Shown: positions 39,506-51,600, counted from the stretch's first letter. The stretch: DNA of 64,000 nt from an uncultured Staphylococcaceae bacterium (GCA_964409955.1 CAYPEY010000001.1:738-64737), one strand, 5' to 3'. Translations and numbers: made by a program. The notes: generated by a model not told the origin, from the letters alone.

Positions 39506-41359
39506 CTATTTAATGTCTTTATTTGGATCGAATCCTAAACGACGAAGTGTTTCAATTACATATGATTCACGATATTCATCTTCAGGTTTTCTATTGTAGT
39601 AAGAAATAAAGAATTCTTCTACTGCTTCTTCATAAGTCATATTTTCATGTCCTGGAACAGTTTTTCCTAAATTCCAGATAATTCTTGAAGAACGGTCGAT
39701 TAATTTTTTATTAGTTGGAAGTACTTGTACCATCCAGTTACCAAATACTCTACCCATCTTAGCCATTGTACCTGTAGATAAAGCATTGAATGCAACTTTA
39801 ATTAATAAGTGATATAAGATATCTGTACAAGTTCTTGGAAGTTCAACTGGAACTCTGATTTCATCTTCTTGGATAACATCAGCTGGAATTTGACCAAATC
39901 TAATTACTTTTCCACCAGTAAATTTAACTACTTCTTTTTTATACCAAGCGATTGCTTCTTTTGTAGCAGAACCATTAATATCAATTAATACTAAATATGC
40001 ATGATCACGAGAATATCTTGATGGATCATCTTCGTTACCAATACAATATTCAAGAAGTTCAGAACCACTTACTTTTGGAGGATTGTTAATGATATCTTGA
40101 GTAGCACCCATTGCACGATAATCATCAGCTGTCCATTCAAGACCTTTAATATCTCTTCTCATTAATTGTTGCCATGCAACTTCATTAGGAAATAGAGGGT
40201 CTTTTGTATAAGCCCAAGAAACTTCATGTTCAGTATCATTGAATTTTCTGAATGGAGGAAGTGTAAATGTAGGTTGACGTTCAGTAGTATCTGTCATGAT
40301 ATCAAGTAAGTATTCATGAGTAGCATAAGTTACTAAACCTTTTTTATTATATGTATCAACTTCGAAATCTACAGCTTTAGCAACACCTTGTAAAGCTTCA
40401 CCTTCCATTAATTGTTTATTTAATGAAGCAAATGCATCAGCATATTCATCAAGAGTTAAGAATTCTCCACCGATTACTGATAATTCTTGTTCAGTTAAGT
40501 TTTCTTTTAACCAACGGTTTGCAGCAACTTCTAGTGCAGCACCTGCAGCAAGCAATTCAACTGTTGTAGTTTGCATACGAGTTGAACCTGAAACTGCCAT
40601 GTTACCAATTACTAGAGGAATTTTAACAATGTATTTATCAGTAGGAACACCATTTTTAATGTTTTCATTGTATTCATCAACACATTCAAATACAGCACGT
40701 GCACGATCTAAGTGGTTTCTTAAAATGTCTTCTGGGTTACAGTGTAAGTAATATGTTCTAAGACCTAATTCATAACCTCTTACAGCTGATCCATTAATAC
40801 TTGCAGATAATCCACATTCAGATAAAGCAACAAGTACATCACCTTTAGTCATTTCAGCTTCGTCAACTTGTTTTGCACCAAATGTCATATAGTCTTCAAA
40901 GTTTTCAACTGAACGTACTACTGCACGGTCACCACCTGTGATGAAGCTTGTAACTACATCACCAAGTTGTAAGAATTCATAACGATGGTTAGGAAGTTTA
41001 TCAACTAATCCTTGCCAGAAGCATCTCCAAGCACCTTCCATTTGAACTGCCATTCTTCCTGATGCACCAACACTTGAGAAAACAACTTTTCTCTTTTCAT
41101 CCATACAACGTTTGATATCATCAACGAATGCTGTAAATTCTGGAGTATGGAATGCAGCTCTTGCAACTGGTTCTACATTTACGTCAGCAGCAAAAATTGT
41201 TTTAACCCCTTCTGCAGTATCTTTTGCGATAGTTGCACTTAAGTTTTTAGTAATAGGGTTAGATTGTTCTGTTGTAATAACTCCTAAGTGGAATTGTTTT
41301 TCATTTTCTAAGAAATCTTTTGTAGCTTCCTTATAGTTTGTAATAGTCTTGTAAATCAC
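39506..41359 (-). CDS. Glucokinase-regulatory-protein-like double-SIS protein (GCKR/MurQ family)
   Basis: GTG start preceded by AAAGGAG. ITTEQSNPITKNLS, SVGASGRMA, ITGGDRAVV, VSGSTRMQTTT and ALSTGTMAKMGRV...NKKL run parallel to GCKR/MurQ motifs along the full 617 aa. Confidence 0.75.
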   Translation of the reverse strand: MIYKTITNYKEATKDFLENEKQFHLGVITTEQSNPITKNLSATIAKDTAEGVKTIFAADVNVEPVARAAFHTPEFTAFVDDIKRCMDEKRKVVFSSVGASGRMAVQMEGAWRCFWQGLVDKLPNHRYEFLQLGDVVTSFITGGDRAVVRSVENFEDYMTFGAKQVDEAEMTKGDVLVALSECGLSASINGSAVRGYELGLRTYYLHCNPEDILRNHLDRARAVFECVDEYNENIKNGVPTDKYIVKIPLVIGNMAVSGSTRMQTTTVELLAAGAALEVAANRWLKENLTEQELSVIGGEFLTLDEYADAFASLNKQLMEGEALQGVAKAVDFEVDTYNKKGLVTYATHEYLLDIMTDTTERQPTFTLPPFRKFNDTEHEVSWAYTKDPLFPNEVAWQQLMRRDIKGLEWTADDYRAMGATQDIINNPPKVSGSELLEYCIGNEDDPSRYSRDHAYLVLIDINGSATKEAIAWYKKEVVKFTGGKVIRFGQIPADVIQEDEIRVPVELPRTCTDILYHLLIKVAFNALSTGTMAKMGRVFGNWMVQVLPTNKKLIDRSSRIIWNLGKTVPGHENMTYEEAVEEFFISYYNRKPEDEYRESYVIETLRRLGFDPNKDIK

Positions 41360-41529
41360 GATTATTTTCTCCTTTAATTTTCATTATATTTACAATTTTA
41401 TGCATACTTATTATAGCACAAACTGATTTTTCTTTCAAATCATATAACCTTCATATGCACTAAAAATGTAAATTTATTTTTTTATTTAATTATTATAATT
41501 TTTAAAAACTATTTAATTGAAAGAAAAAG

Positions 41530-41553
41530 GACTTGATTTTGCCATGTCAAGTC
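41530..41553 (-). terminator. Hairpin terminator after the DUF3990/DUF3791 operon
   Basis: gacttga-N10-tcaagtc, followed on the minus strand by CTTTTTCTTTC. Confidence 0.55.
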
Positions 41554-41700
41554 ACCTACATTTCAAATTTTAGATATGTACAATAATATTAATCTTTGAC
41601 TCATATATGTATACTTTATATTATGATATTCTTTTATCATAACTATAACAAATTTTAGTATTTTTCGGCTAGTTAACTGTTATTATATTCGATTTCTATT

Positions 41701-41907
41701 TTACGCCTTTGTACGAGCTTCGATATACAGATCAATATCATTGATAATATATTTATGTCCCGTGGTGTGCAACACTCCATAAAAAGCATCAAGATATTCA
41801 AACACTTTGTATTTTTCAAAAAGTTCTTGGGTCATAATACCAGTCATACCTTTTTCTGCTTTATACATTTCAAAGCAAAAGGTTTTAAATTGTAATGTTT
41901 TACTCAT
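41701..41907 (-). CDS. DUF3791-family protein
   Basis: 68 aa. FCFEMYK...LFEKYKVFEYLDAFYGVLHTTG..YIINDIDLYI matches my memory of the DUF3791 consensus. Confidence 0.7.
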   Translation of the reverse strand: MSKTLQFKTFCFEMYKAEKGMTGIMTQELFEKYKVFEYLDAFYGVLHTTGHKYIINDIDLYIEARTKA

Positions 41908-41908
41908 A

Positions 41909-42142
41909 CTATACCTCCGGAAATTCTAATTTTCCATTCATTTCCCTATCAAATAATTCAACAATCATTTCAGAACTATACTGCCATACTTTCGTATCTT
42001 CTTTTTCAAGCACCTTGTAAAGTTCAGATTTATGAAATAATGCCATAGCCTTATTTTCGTCAATTTCATATTTATCCATTATCTTAGTGATTATATCGGG
42101 AGTAATCATAGCCATTAAAACTGAAAATCTATCTTTGTTCAT
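41909..42142 (-). CDS. DUF3791-like small protein (second copy)
   Basis: 77 aa helical protein in the same operon. It resembles DUF3791 more weakly than the 68-aa protein does. Confidence 0.55.
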   Translation of the reverse strand: MNKDRFSVLMAMITPDIITKIMDKYEIDENKAMALFHKSELYKVLEKEDTKVWQYSSEMIVELFDREMNGKLEFPEV

Positions 42143-42622
42143 TTATTTTTCCTCCGCCCCAATAAACTTTAAATATGTTAAAGATTTTTCAGTATGAAAT
42201 AATACTTGGTTATAAAGTTTCTCAACCTTCAATCTCTTTAATGCTTCTTTTAAATCGTAAACGCCAATTTCATAAAATCTAACAACTTCATAAACTCCAT
42301 CATCGGCAACAGGACCTATAACAATATCGTATGTTTCTTGGCACTGTCCTTTGCGGTTAATAGAAACAAAATCTAACCATTCCTTATCCGCTTTATCAAA
42401 ATGAATAATCTTTAATTTGGATTTTGCTTTTTCAATATCAAATTCATACATTGAAACATATCCGATATTTGTTCCTTTCCTACTTTTTTGCTTTTCAGCC
42501 CATTTGATAGCTTGCTCTTCATTCATAGTAGTATAAAAACCATAACCAAAATCTAAATATCTGTCACTAACTCTTATTTCAGGCTTTTCCACAACAAAAA
42601 GACTCCCGTGATATACTTTCAT
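42143..42622 (-). CDS. DUF3990-family protein
   Basis: MKVYHGS...LDFGYGFYTT..EEQA.KWA is the characteristic DUF3990 N-terminal signature. Confidence 0.75.
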   Translation of the reverse strand: MKVYHGSLFVVEKPEIRVSDRYLDFGYGFYTTMNEEQAIKWAEKQKSRKGTNIGYVSMYEFDIEKAKSKLKIIHFDKADKEWLDFVSINRKGQCQETYDIVIGPVADDGVYEVVRFYEIGVYDLKEALKRLKVEKLYNQVLFHTEKSLTYLKFIGAEEK

Positions 42623-42930
42623 ATGATTGCCTCCATTTTTTTAATCTTCACTTGCACTGCTTTTAATTCCTTAACAAGTCCCTCAACAACCTTTCGTCTT
42701 TCAAGTTGTTCCATAACAAGAGCAATATCTTTTTCATTCATACCTATATATTTTGCACACACCTTTTGACCATCTCTATATTTCAAATAATAGTATGTGT
42801 TAGCTTTTGTAATTTTAGGCGTTATCTTTCCTTTTGGCAAGAGTGATAATTCCTTTTCGTATCTCTCTAACATGTATTCATTTCGTTTTCTTTCATCCTC
42901 TAAAACAGAATATATTAGCTGCATAATCAT
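42619..42930 (-). CDS. Hypothetical coiled-coil protein, first gene of the DUF3990 operon
   Basis: 103 aa. Its stop overlaps the next start (ATGA). I cannot name a family. Confidence 0.55.
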   Translation of the reverse strand: MIMQLIYSVLEDERKRNEYMLERYEKELSLLPKGKITPKITKANTYYYLKYRDGQKVCAKYIGMNEKDIALVMEQLERRKVVEGLVKELKAVQVKIKKMEAII

Positions 42931-43007
42931 TACCTCATTATTATTATACTCTACAAAAGTTGTTTTGTCAATTATTTTTGTAGAGTATTTTGAAAATACT
43001 AATTTTG

Positions 43008-43946
43008 CTATACTTGTTTAATACTTTTATTTTTTACATCATTTAAAAATTCTATTACCTCATCATATGTAGGAATAGCACCCATTACATAAGGTTTAGT
43101 AACACTAAGTGCAGATGCTGCAGTAGCAAATGTAACCGCATCTATTAAAGTTTTACCCTCAACAAGTCCTACTGTAAGTGCAGCAGTAAATACATCACCA
43201 GCTCCTGTTGTATCAACTGTATCTACTTTAAAAGCATCAAGTCGTTTACACCAATTTTGACAAGCAACAAGTACTCCATTACTTCCAAGAGTAACTATAA
43301 TTATCTTCTTTAATTTCTTGCATATCAAATATAGTATATCTTCTAATTCATCTAAACTAACATCTGGTAAATTAAATATTTTTTTACATTCTTCAAAATT
43401 AGGAGTAATAATATAAGCATCATTAATTAACTCAATATCATCATAAATAGCCGGAGCTGGATTTAATATAACTTTTGTATCACTTTCCTTAGCTATTTTG
43501 ATACTTTCTTTAATGACTCCTAACGGAAGTTCATATTGAATAATTAAATAATCAGCTTTTTTTATTTCTTCTTTAAATAATTCTACACTTTTTATATCTA
43601 AATATTGGCTTGCTCCTGGATATACAATTACAGTATTTTCACCAGTTTCATCAAATAAAATAGTCGCAAGTGCAGTATTATTTTTATCATCTATTTCAAA
43701 AATAGATTTTACACCAAGGCTTTCAATATAAGATTTACAAACTTCACCATAGTGATCATTTCCTATTCTTCCAAGATAGCTTGTTTCAACTCCAAGTTTC
43801 TTACAAGCAACCGCTTGGTTATATCCTTTTCCTCCAGCCTCTGTATGAATATTTGACGCATGATGAGTAACAGAAGGAAGAGGAAGAGTATCCATTTTCA
43901 TAAAAATTGATTCACCAACTAAACCAATTACTGCAATTTTAGACAT
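43008..43946 (-). CDS. rbsK: Ribokinase (PfkB family)
   Basis: GGKGYNQAVA, and DTTGAGDVF near the C-terminus. Confidence 0.88.
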   Translation of the reverse strand: MSKIAVIGLVGESIFMKMDTLPLPSVTHHASNIHTEAGGKGYNQAVACKKLGVETSYLGRIGNDHYGEVCKSYIESLGVKSIFEIDDKNNTALATILFDETGENTVIVYPGASQYLDIKSVELFKEEIKKADYLIIQYELPLGVIKESIKIAKESDTKVILNPAPAIYDDIELINDAYIITPNFEECKKIFNLPDVSLDELEDILYLICKKLKKIIIVTLGSNGVLVACQNWCKRLDAFKVDTVDTTGAGDVFTAALTVGLVEGKTLIDAVTFATAASALSVTKPYVMGAIPTYDEVIEFLNDVKNKSIKQV

Positions 43947-44018
43947 AAAATCACCACTTTACTTTTCGATTATTTCCTATTTTTTATACAAAGAGAAAAG
44001 GAATTTCCATTCCTTTTC

Positions 44019-45383
44019 TTATTTTTCTAAGAATGTTTTGTAAGCTAGATATGCTTCGTACACATCAGCTTTAGATACTATTTCCATTGGAGCATGCATA
44101 TTTAAAACAGCAACACCAGCATCTACTACATTCATATTATAATTACCAAGGATATAAGCAATTGTGCCTCCTCCACCTTGGTCAACTTTACCTAATTCAG
44201 CTGTTTGGAAGTGAACATTAGCATTATCCATTGCGTTTCTTACCCATGCAAAATATTCAGGATTTGCATCATTTGAACCGCTCTTACCACGTGATCCTGT
44301 GTATTTATTAAATACGATTCCACGTCCAAGATATGCTGCATTTTTAGGATCATTAACTCCAGCAAATAATGGATCAAATCCAGCACTTACATCACTTGAT
44401 AACATTTTAGTATTTTCTAAAGTTTTTCTAAGTGCTAAAAGTGATGCATCACCTTGTAAATTTAGAAGTTTTAAAATTACATTTTCGAAGAATACTGATT
44501 GAGCACCTGTTGCACCAACACTACCAATTTCTTCTTTATCAACTAATATACAACAGCTTGTATATTCACATGGTGCAGCATCTAATACAGCTTTTAATGA
44601 AGTATAAGCACAAACTCTATCATCATGTCCATATCCTGCAACCATTGATCTATCTAAGCCATAATCTCTTGCAGGTCCTGCTGGAACAATTTCAAGTTCT
44701 GCTGATAAGAAATCTTCTTCTTCAAAGTCATATTTTTCTTTTAAAATTCTTAATACATTTGCTTTAACCGCATCTTTTTCATCATCTTTAAGTGGCATAC
44801 TACCAAGAGTTAAATCAAGGTCTTCACCTTCAATAACTTTTGCAGCAGGTTTTTGCATTTGATCACCTGATAAATGAATTAATAAATCACTAATACCTAC
44901 AACTGGATCATTGGCATCTTCACCAATAGCAACTTTAACACTAGTTCCATCTTTTTTGCATACTACACCGTGAATTGCAAGAGGAATTGTTACCCATTGA
45001 TATTTTTTAACACCACCATAATAGTGTGTATCAAGCATTGCAAAATCATTTCTTTCGTATAATGGATTTTGCTTAACATCAAGTCTTGGTGAATCAATAT
45101 GAGCACCAAGAACTCTTAATCCTTCTACTACTGGTTTACTACCAATATTAAATAATACAACGTTTTTATTCATATTAGTAGCATAAACTTTATCACCAGC
45201 TTTTAAAAATTTAACATCTTTAATGTTTTTATAACCATGTGCTTCTGCAAGTTTTACACTTTCTTCAACACATAATCTTTCGGTTTTACCTTTACTAATA
45301 TAATCTTTATACCCTTCAGAAAAATCCATAATTGATTGAACTTTTGAGCTGTCAGCATCTTTCCAAATATTTTTTGAATACAT
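44019..45383 (-). CDS. M18-family aminopeptidase
   Basis: GAHIDSPRLD, DKEEIGS and HAPMEIVSK motifs. Size is about 454 aa. Confidence 0.85.
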   Translation of the reverse strand: MYSKNIWKDADSSKVQSIMDFSEGYKDYISKGKTERLCVEESVKLAEAHGYKNIKDVKFLKAGDKVYATNMNKNVVLFNIGSKPVVEGLRVLGAHIDSPRLDVKQNPLYERNDFAMLDTHYYGGVKKYQWVTIPLAIHGVVCKKDGTSVKVAIGEDANDPVVGISDLLIHLSGDQMQKPAAKVIEGEDLDLTLGSMPLKDDEKDAVKANVLRILKEKYDFEEEDFLSAELEIVPAGPARDYGLDRSMVAGYGHDDRVCAYTSLKAVLDAAPCEYTSCCILVDKEEIGSVGATGAQSVFFENVILKLLNLQGDASLLALRKTLENTKMLSSDVSAGFDPLFAGVNDPKNAAYLGRGIVFNKYTGSRGKSGSNDANPEYFAWVRNAMDNANVHFQTAELGKVDQGGGGTIAYILGNYNMNVVDAGVAVLNMHAPMEIVSKADVYEAYLAYKTFLEK

Positions 45384-45475
45384 AAAATCACTCCTTTATT
45401 TGTCATTATTTATTATTATACCATTTATTAAAATTATTTACAAACAATTAAATATTAAAGTATTTAATTGTTATT

Positions 45476-45568
45476 TTTTACACCTACAAAGGAAATATTG
45501 TAATCGATGGCTTCATTAGCATTAACAGTGCTATTGTTATCGCAATACCTACAAAGGAAATATTTTGT
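45476..45568 (-). CRISPR. Orphan, diverged two-repeat CRISPR remnant
   Basis: ACCTACAAAGGAAATATTGTAAT starts at 45482 and CGCAATACCTACAAAGGAAATATT at 45541. Both match the main repeat (GCTGCAATACCTATAAAGGAACTATTGTAAT) and share the same two substitutions. They are spaced 65 nt apart, the same period as the main array. Confidence 0.6.
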
Positions 45569-45579
45569 TTTTAAATTTT

Positions 45580-45618
45580 ATTCTATCATCTCTATATTTA
45601 ATATAGAGATGATAGAAT
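45580..45618 (-). terminator. Perfect 18-bp hairpin directly after the 2042-aa ORF
   Basis: attctatcatctctatat-tta-atatagagatgatagaat, with A/T runs on both sides. Confidence 0.65.
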
Positions 45619-45625
45619 TATGTTT

Positions 45626-48600
45626 TTAAATTAATTTACCATGAGATGTAGCCCATCTATATACATATTCTAAGCGTTCATAATTTTTCTTACTTAGAAC
45701 AGCTTGTCCATAATTAAATGCTTCTAAAGTACATCTAAATAAATCTTCTTGAGACAATCTTCCTTGCACTCTAATTATTTGATTCATTGCACATAGGATT
45801 TCTTCTTTTGGAATATCATTTAAATCACGATCACTATTAGTTCTAAATACAGACATATCTTTTGACTGATTTTGTGACCAATATACAGTTTGTGATTGAT
45901 CAAGTGTAGAATATTCATTAAATACCCTAAGTGCTGATTGTAATCTATTTTTAGCTTTAGCACTCATACTTTGAATATTAGAATGTTCTCTGACTCTCAT
46001 TTTAATAGTTTCAAATGATACCGGACTTTCTGTTAGAATTATTTCAGATAACAACTTTTGAATTTCACGATCAAATCCATAGTCATTATCATAATCCACG
46101 CAAATTCTAGTTTGTACCTTTATATAATTTGTGCTATTATAACTGAATACCGGAACTACAGCTTTTTCTATATGAGCATCAATTTGATATTCTTCTCTTA
46201 CATATGGTTCACTCATAGCATCAACAATCTTATCAATAGTAGCTTTTCTATCTTTAAAGTATTCAAGTGAATAAATATTAACTATTTTCCATTTTAAAGC
46301 ATTTAATACCGATTCTTGAACGTATATTTTATCTCTACAACTAATTTCTTCACCTAAAACTTGTGAGTCTATTAATATACCTAATTCATAGAAATCACCA
46401 GTTTTATTCTTAATAGCAAGGTCAACTCTAAAATCACTATTACCTACATTAGAAACCACTGTCAATCCTCTGGTTTCTAAATCTTTTTTAATAAAGGAAA
46501 TAATAGTGCCTTTTTCAGCACTTTCATCTTTGAAAGGTTTGAAAGTATTTTCTTCAGCAAATTTTAAGAATTGTTTTAATAACAATTTTCCTTTATTAGA
46601 TATTTTCGAATCTTCCTCAAAATCAGTATATTTAATTGTTGAAATGACAATCATTCTTTCTTTACTTCTACTTACAGCAACATTTAATCTTCTTTGACCA
46701 TTTTCTCTTGCTAGTGGTCCTACAACTACAGCTCTACCTGCTGCATTTTTTCTAAATCCTACTGAAAGTATAATTATGTCACGTTCGTCACCTTGAACAT
46801 TTTCAAGTGACTTAACAAACCAAGCCTCACCTGTTTTATCAAACGCTTCTTCTACTACTTTATTTAACTTTTTATTATTAGCTAATAATTCTGTAATCGC
46901 ATCAAATACTTTTTCTTGTTGTTTCATATTAAACACTATGATCCCTACAGATTTTTTCATTGTTTTTTCGTTTGTATAAATTTCTGTAAATTTATCACAA
47001 ATAGCTTTAATTTCTTCTTCAGTTATATTAGAATTTTTCTTATCTTCTTTTAATTCTACGTGATTATATTCAACAAAGCTATTTGCTGTATTAGGTGATG
47101 GGAAAGTATATAATGTATCATTATAGAAATTATGATTAGAAAAGCTAATTAATGATTCATGTTTACTTCTATAATGATATGCTAATCTTATTCGTGGAAG
47201 TTCTATTGCAATACATTCATCAAGTAATGAGATAGCATCATCAAATTGAACTTCATCTTCTGCTAGTTCAAGTCCTGCAGAAAAGTATGCAGAAGGGGGC
47301 ATTTGTTCGGGGTCACCTGCAACAATTAAAGATTTTCCTCTTGCGATTGGTCCAACTGCTTCATGAGTCGGAATTTGGGATGCTTCATCAAAAATTACTA
47401 AATCAAATTTAGAAACCGATTTACCTTTTTCTTCATCTACTGCAAGATATTGTGCAGCACTTAGTGGTGACATCAAGAAACAAGGGAAATATTTTTTAAT
47501 AATATCATCATAATTCAATAATGTATCTCTTATTGTAACACCACGTCCATTACTAGAAATTGATTTTTTAAGTCTTCCTATTGGAGATGAATTAGCATAA
47601 TTAATATTACTATGATTTAAATTCTTTGTTAATCTTGCGGATACACATTCAATTACTAAATTATTATATTCATTAATTAAATCTTTATATTTTCTTACTT
47701 CACTTTCAAATACAGTTGGATTGAAATAATTGATTTCATCATCTTTAAAATACATTCTTATGTATCCATTTACACAAGATAAATCATACACTTCTTTAAA
47801 GTCATTAAAATCAAATTTATCTTGTTCAATTGCATCAACAAGTTTATTTAAATTCAATTTAACAAGTTCTTTAGCAATTCTATTAACATTAGCTATATCA
47901 ATTAATTCATTAAAATTATTTTCATAAGATGTGTATTCTAACAAATCAATAAATTTATTTATATTATCAGATAATCCATTAAAATTACTATATTTTATTT
48001 TATATTTTTCAGTAAGTTTAATTTCTTCTTCTTTATAAGTTGTTAATTTATTAGCATTTATAGTATACATCATTTTAATAGCAGGATTTTTTGTAGCATA
48101 TAAATTAATAAATAAATTAGATACTTTTATAAAATCTTTATTTTCAGATAAAATATTTAAATTATTTAAGAAACTTCTTGTATTATAATAAGTCTTTTCA
48201 ATATTTTTTACATCTTCAATATTTTCAGAAAAACTGAAGTTTATCATCTTAGATAATGTAGTTGATTGTTCTTGTATTTCTTTAATTAAACTATTATACT
48301 CTTTAATTTGTTCAAAATATGAAGATAAATCTTTTTTATTAATTTTATGCGTTTCTAGAACATATTTCTTTAATAATTTCTTTAAGCGTCCTTTAACTAA
48401 GATTTTTTTAATAAAACCTGTTGCATTATTAATTTCATTTATCGCTGCTTCAGCATCTACTTCACTTAACAAATCAAAATTAAATACATCTTTGTTAGTA
48501 TTTTTGATAGTTACAATTTTGTGAGCTTTATCAAATACTTTTTGATTTTTATCATCATTTTGATTTGACATAAATTCAGTTAAAGTCTCAATATATAATT

Positions 48601-51600
48601 TATGATTTAAACATAAATCAATTGTTGACATAACTGTTGCTACTTCATTATGCTCAAAATCAAATTCTATATCAAAATTAGCAACCATTTCTTTATAAGA
48701 TTTTATGAAATCAAATAATAATGTTTTGACATTACTAAAAGATTCTATAACATTTGCACGATCATAAAAATTGATGTTTTCAATTTTTAATGTTTTAAGT
48801 GGGGTATTATTGAAATCTTGCATATTTGATGCAGAAGAAATATAAGTTTCTATTAAACTATATATTTCACGATTTTTTTCATCATTTAATGATAATAAAA
48901 ATTCTTCATCAAATTCACTATTATAATCTAAATAACTTAATTCAGCTTGTTTTACTATTGCATCGTACAATGAATAGTAATATTTGTTTTCATGCATTTT
49001 ATTAATTGTTTGTAAAACTTTATCTCTTTTTGCTTCTAATTCTTGACATTTTTGCTCAAACTCTTCTGGGTTTTTAGTTACACCAAGTTCCATTGAAGAT
49101 TTTAATTTTTCAAAGAATTCGACTTTATTTGCTTTATTAGAATGTAGTTCAAGACAAAATCTTCCTAAGTTATTATTTGAATTAGGATCTCCTAATTTCT
49201 TTAATCTATCTGCAACAACATCTAGGGCTGCTTTTTTTTCAGCAACAAACAATACTGTTTTACCTTGATAGAAGGCATTAACAATCATATTAACAATTGT
49301 TTGAGATTTTCCTGTTCCCGGAGGACCATCAAGAATAAATGATTTTCCTTCTCCACATTTTAAAATAGCTTTCAACTGAGTTGAATCATAATAAAGTGGT
49401 GCAGCAAAATCTTTATATTTTTCAAGTTTATCAATAGAATCATCAAATGTTGTAACATTGTCAGTTAATAAATTCTTGTTTTCCAATATACTTTGGATAA
49501 CTACGTTCTTCTTAAGTTCTTCTTTTCTTTTTCTAACATCAAGCCACATAATATAATGAGCAAAAGTTAAGTTAGCAATAAAGAAAGCTTCTTCATCTAA
49601 TTGAATATCTTCGATATTATTTGCTTTAAATGTGTGAACAATATCCATGTAATTATCATTTGAATTAATTTGATATAGTTCACTAAAATCAATGTCTGGA
49701 TGTTCTTGCTTATAATATTCAAAGAAAGTTTGGTTTATCATTATATCATCATAATCATAATGCATTGTATAATTATAATTCATCTTGTCTTTTGTTATTT
49801 TAATAGGTAATACCATAAATGGCGCATTTCCTTTTAAATGTCCTTTTTTACGATTATATGTTAATAACCCAAGACATAAATACAATGTTGGAGCACCGGT
49901 TTCATCCATTGCAGAATTTGATTTTTTAATCAAATTCTTTAATGTTTGGTCATAACCAATGGCAAGCATTTTATCACTACCAAATTCATCACCAAAAATT
50001 TCAAATGGTTTAGCACTACCAAGCATAAATTCATTTTCTAATGTTTTTGATGTAACATTGCTATTTTCTAGAGGAAAAGTAGCAAATTTTATAGCACCTT
50101 GATTATTTAATAGAAGTTCATAGATTTTACTATCACTAGTCATTTTTAAACAATTTGATGTTCTTAAATGAAAGTTAACTAGTGGATTTGCTTCTGTTAA
50201 ATCTAGTAATCTTCTTTCCCAAAAAGTAAATCGGTCTTTTTCGGTTTCTCTTAATACATCTTTATAAATTGTTTCAACAATACTATCTAAATTTTTATTT
50301 TCGATTTCCTTTGGTTTAATTAATAATTCTAATTCATCATCAACACCTATTGTTGGAATTGGTGTAAAAATGCCTTTATGAGCAAGTTTTACATCGATTG
50401 CGGAGAAGCTTCTTCCATTGTACATCTTGATATTTAATAATCCTTCATCCATTGCATCTTTAAAAGAGGCTTCTTTTGCTGCAGTAAACATTGTACATTC
50501 AACAAGAACTAATTTATCCATCCCACCAGTTGCTTGATTATATACTTTACCACATTGATATTCAACAGCGTTAGGGAAATTTAATTTATCATCTAAAAAG
50601 AATCCCGCAAATGCATGATTATCAATAAGCACTAAGATTGAATTATATCCTACTTCTTGCATACAAGCGCAATATAATATTGCTAAATCAAGACAAGTCC
50701 CCTTTTTATCATTTAAAACTTCACCAGGCATTCTTACTCTTTGTGTAACAAGTCCACCTGCAGGTGGATTTTGATAAACAATTCCCCAATCATGTAAAGC
50801 AAGATAAATCGCTTGTGCTTCTTCTAACATTTTATTATATCTATCTTTACCAACATGTTGGTAAGCTATGATTTCTTCATTATTATTAAATTTTGTAGCA
50901 TTTAAAGCAATTTGTTTTACTCTTGAATCTACAGGAGTAATATATTTAGCATATAATCTATAATCATTATGAATATTTATAGAAGGTTCACAAATAGGGT
51001 GGACAATAAATCTTTCTTCAGAAGATGCTATTGTTTTGCCATCCTCTTGATCTATTAATTGAATCTCTACTGTTGCAGTATCGTTTTCAGTAAGTTTTTC
51101 TAATAATGCTTTATTTACCTTTAGGAAAGGTATTCTAATTTCTAATATTTCACAAGTTCCAAGTTTTATAATATGAACATCGTTCATATTAAAAATTTCA
51201 CTTGAAAAAGAAAATTTTAAAAGTAAGTTTGAATATTCATAACTTGTAATATTAGCAATCACAATTTCTTGTATTAAGGAATAGTCTGTTGTATATAAAT
51301 CATCTTTAATTTTCATCAAGCAGTCAGCATGATGATCAACATATGAAAATTCTGGATTTACAAATGAAACGATTTCTAATCTTTCTTCTAATTCAATATT
51401 ATCTTGTTTTTTATATTTCAATTTCTTTTTCAAGTTTTCGATAATTTTTTCTTTTTTATTTGTATTATCATTATTTGTCTCTTCTTGAACCTCTGTTTTT
51501 TGTTCATTATCATTATTTTCTTTTATAGTAGGTTCTATAAATTTATTTGTTACTTTTTTTAATTCAGAAATAGGATAACGAGAACTTTCTTTTTCAACAT

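Noticed and set aside
44299-44767. Plus-strand ORFs of 67 and 111 aa (His/Leu/Gln-rich).
   Set aside because: They are antisense to the M18 aminopeptidase gene, and the biased composition is typical of shadow ORFs.
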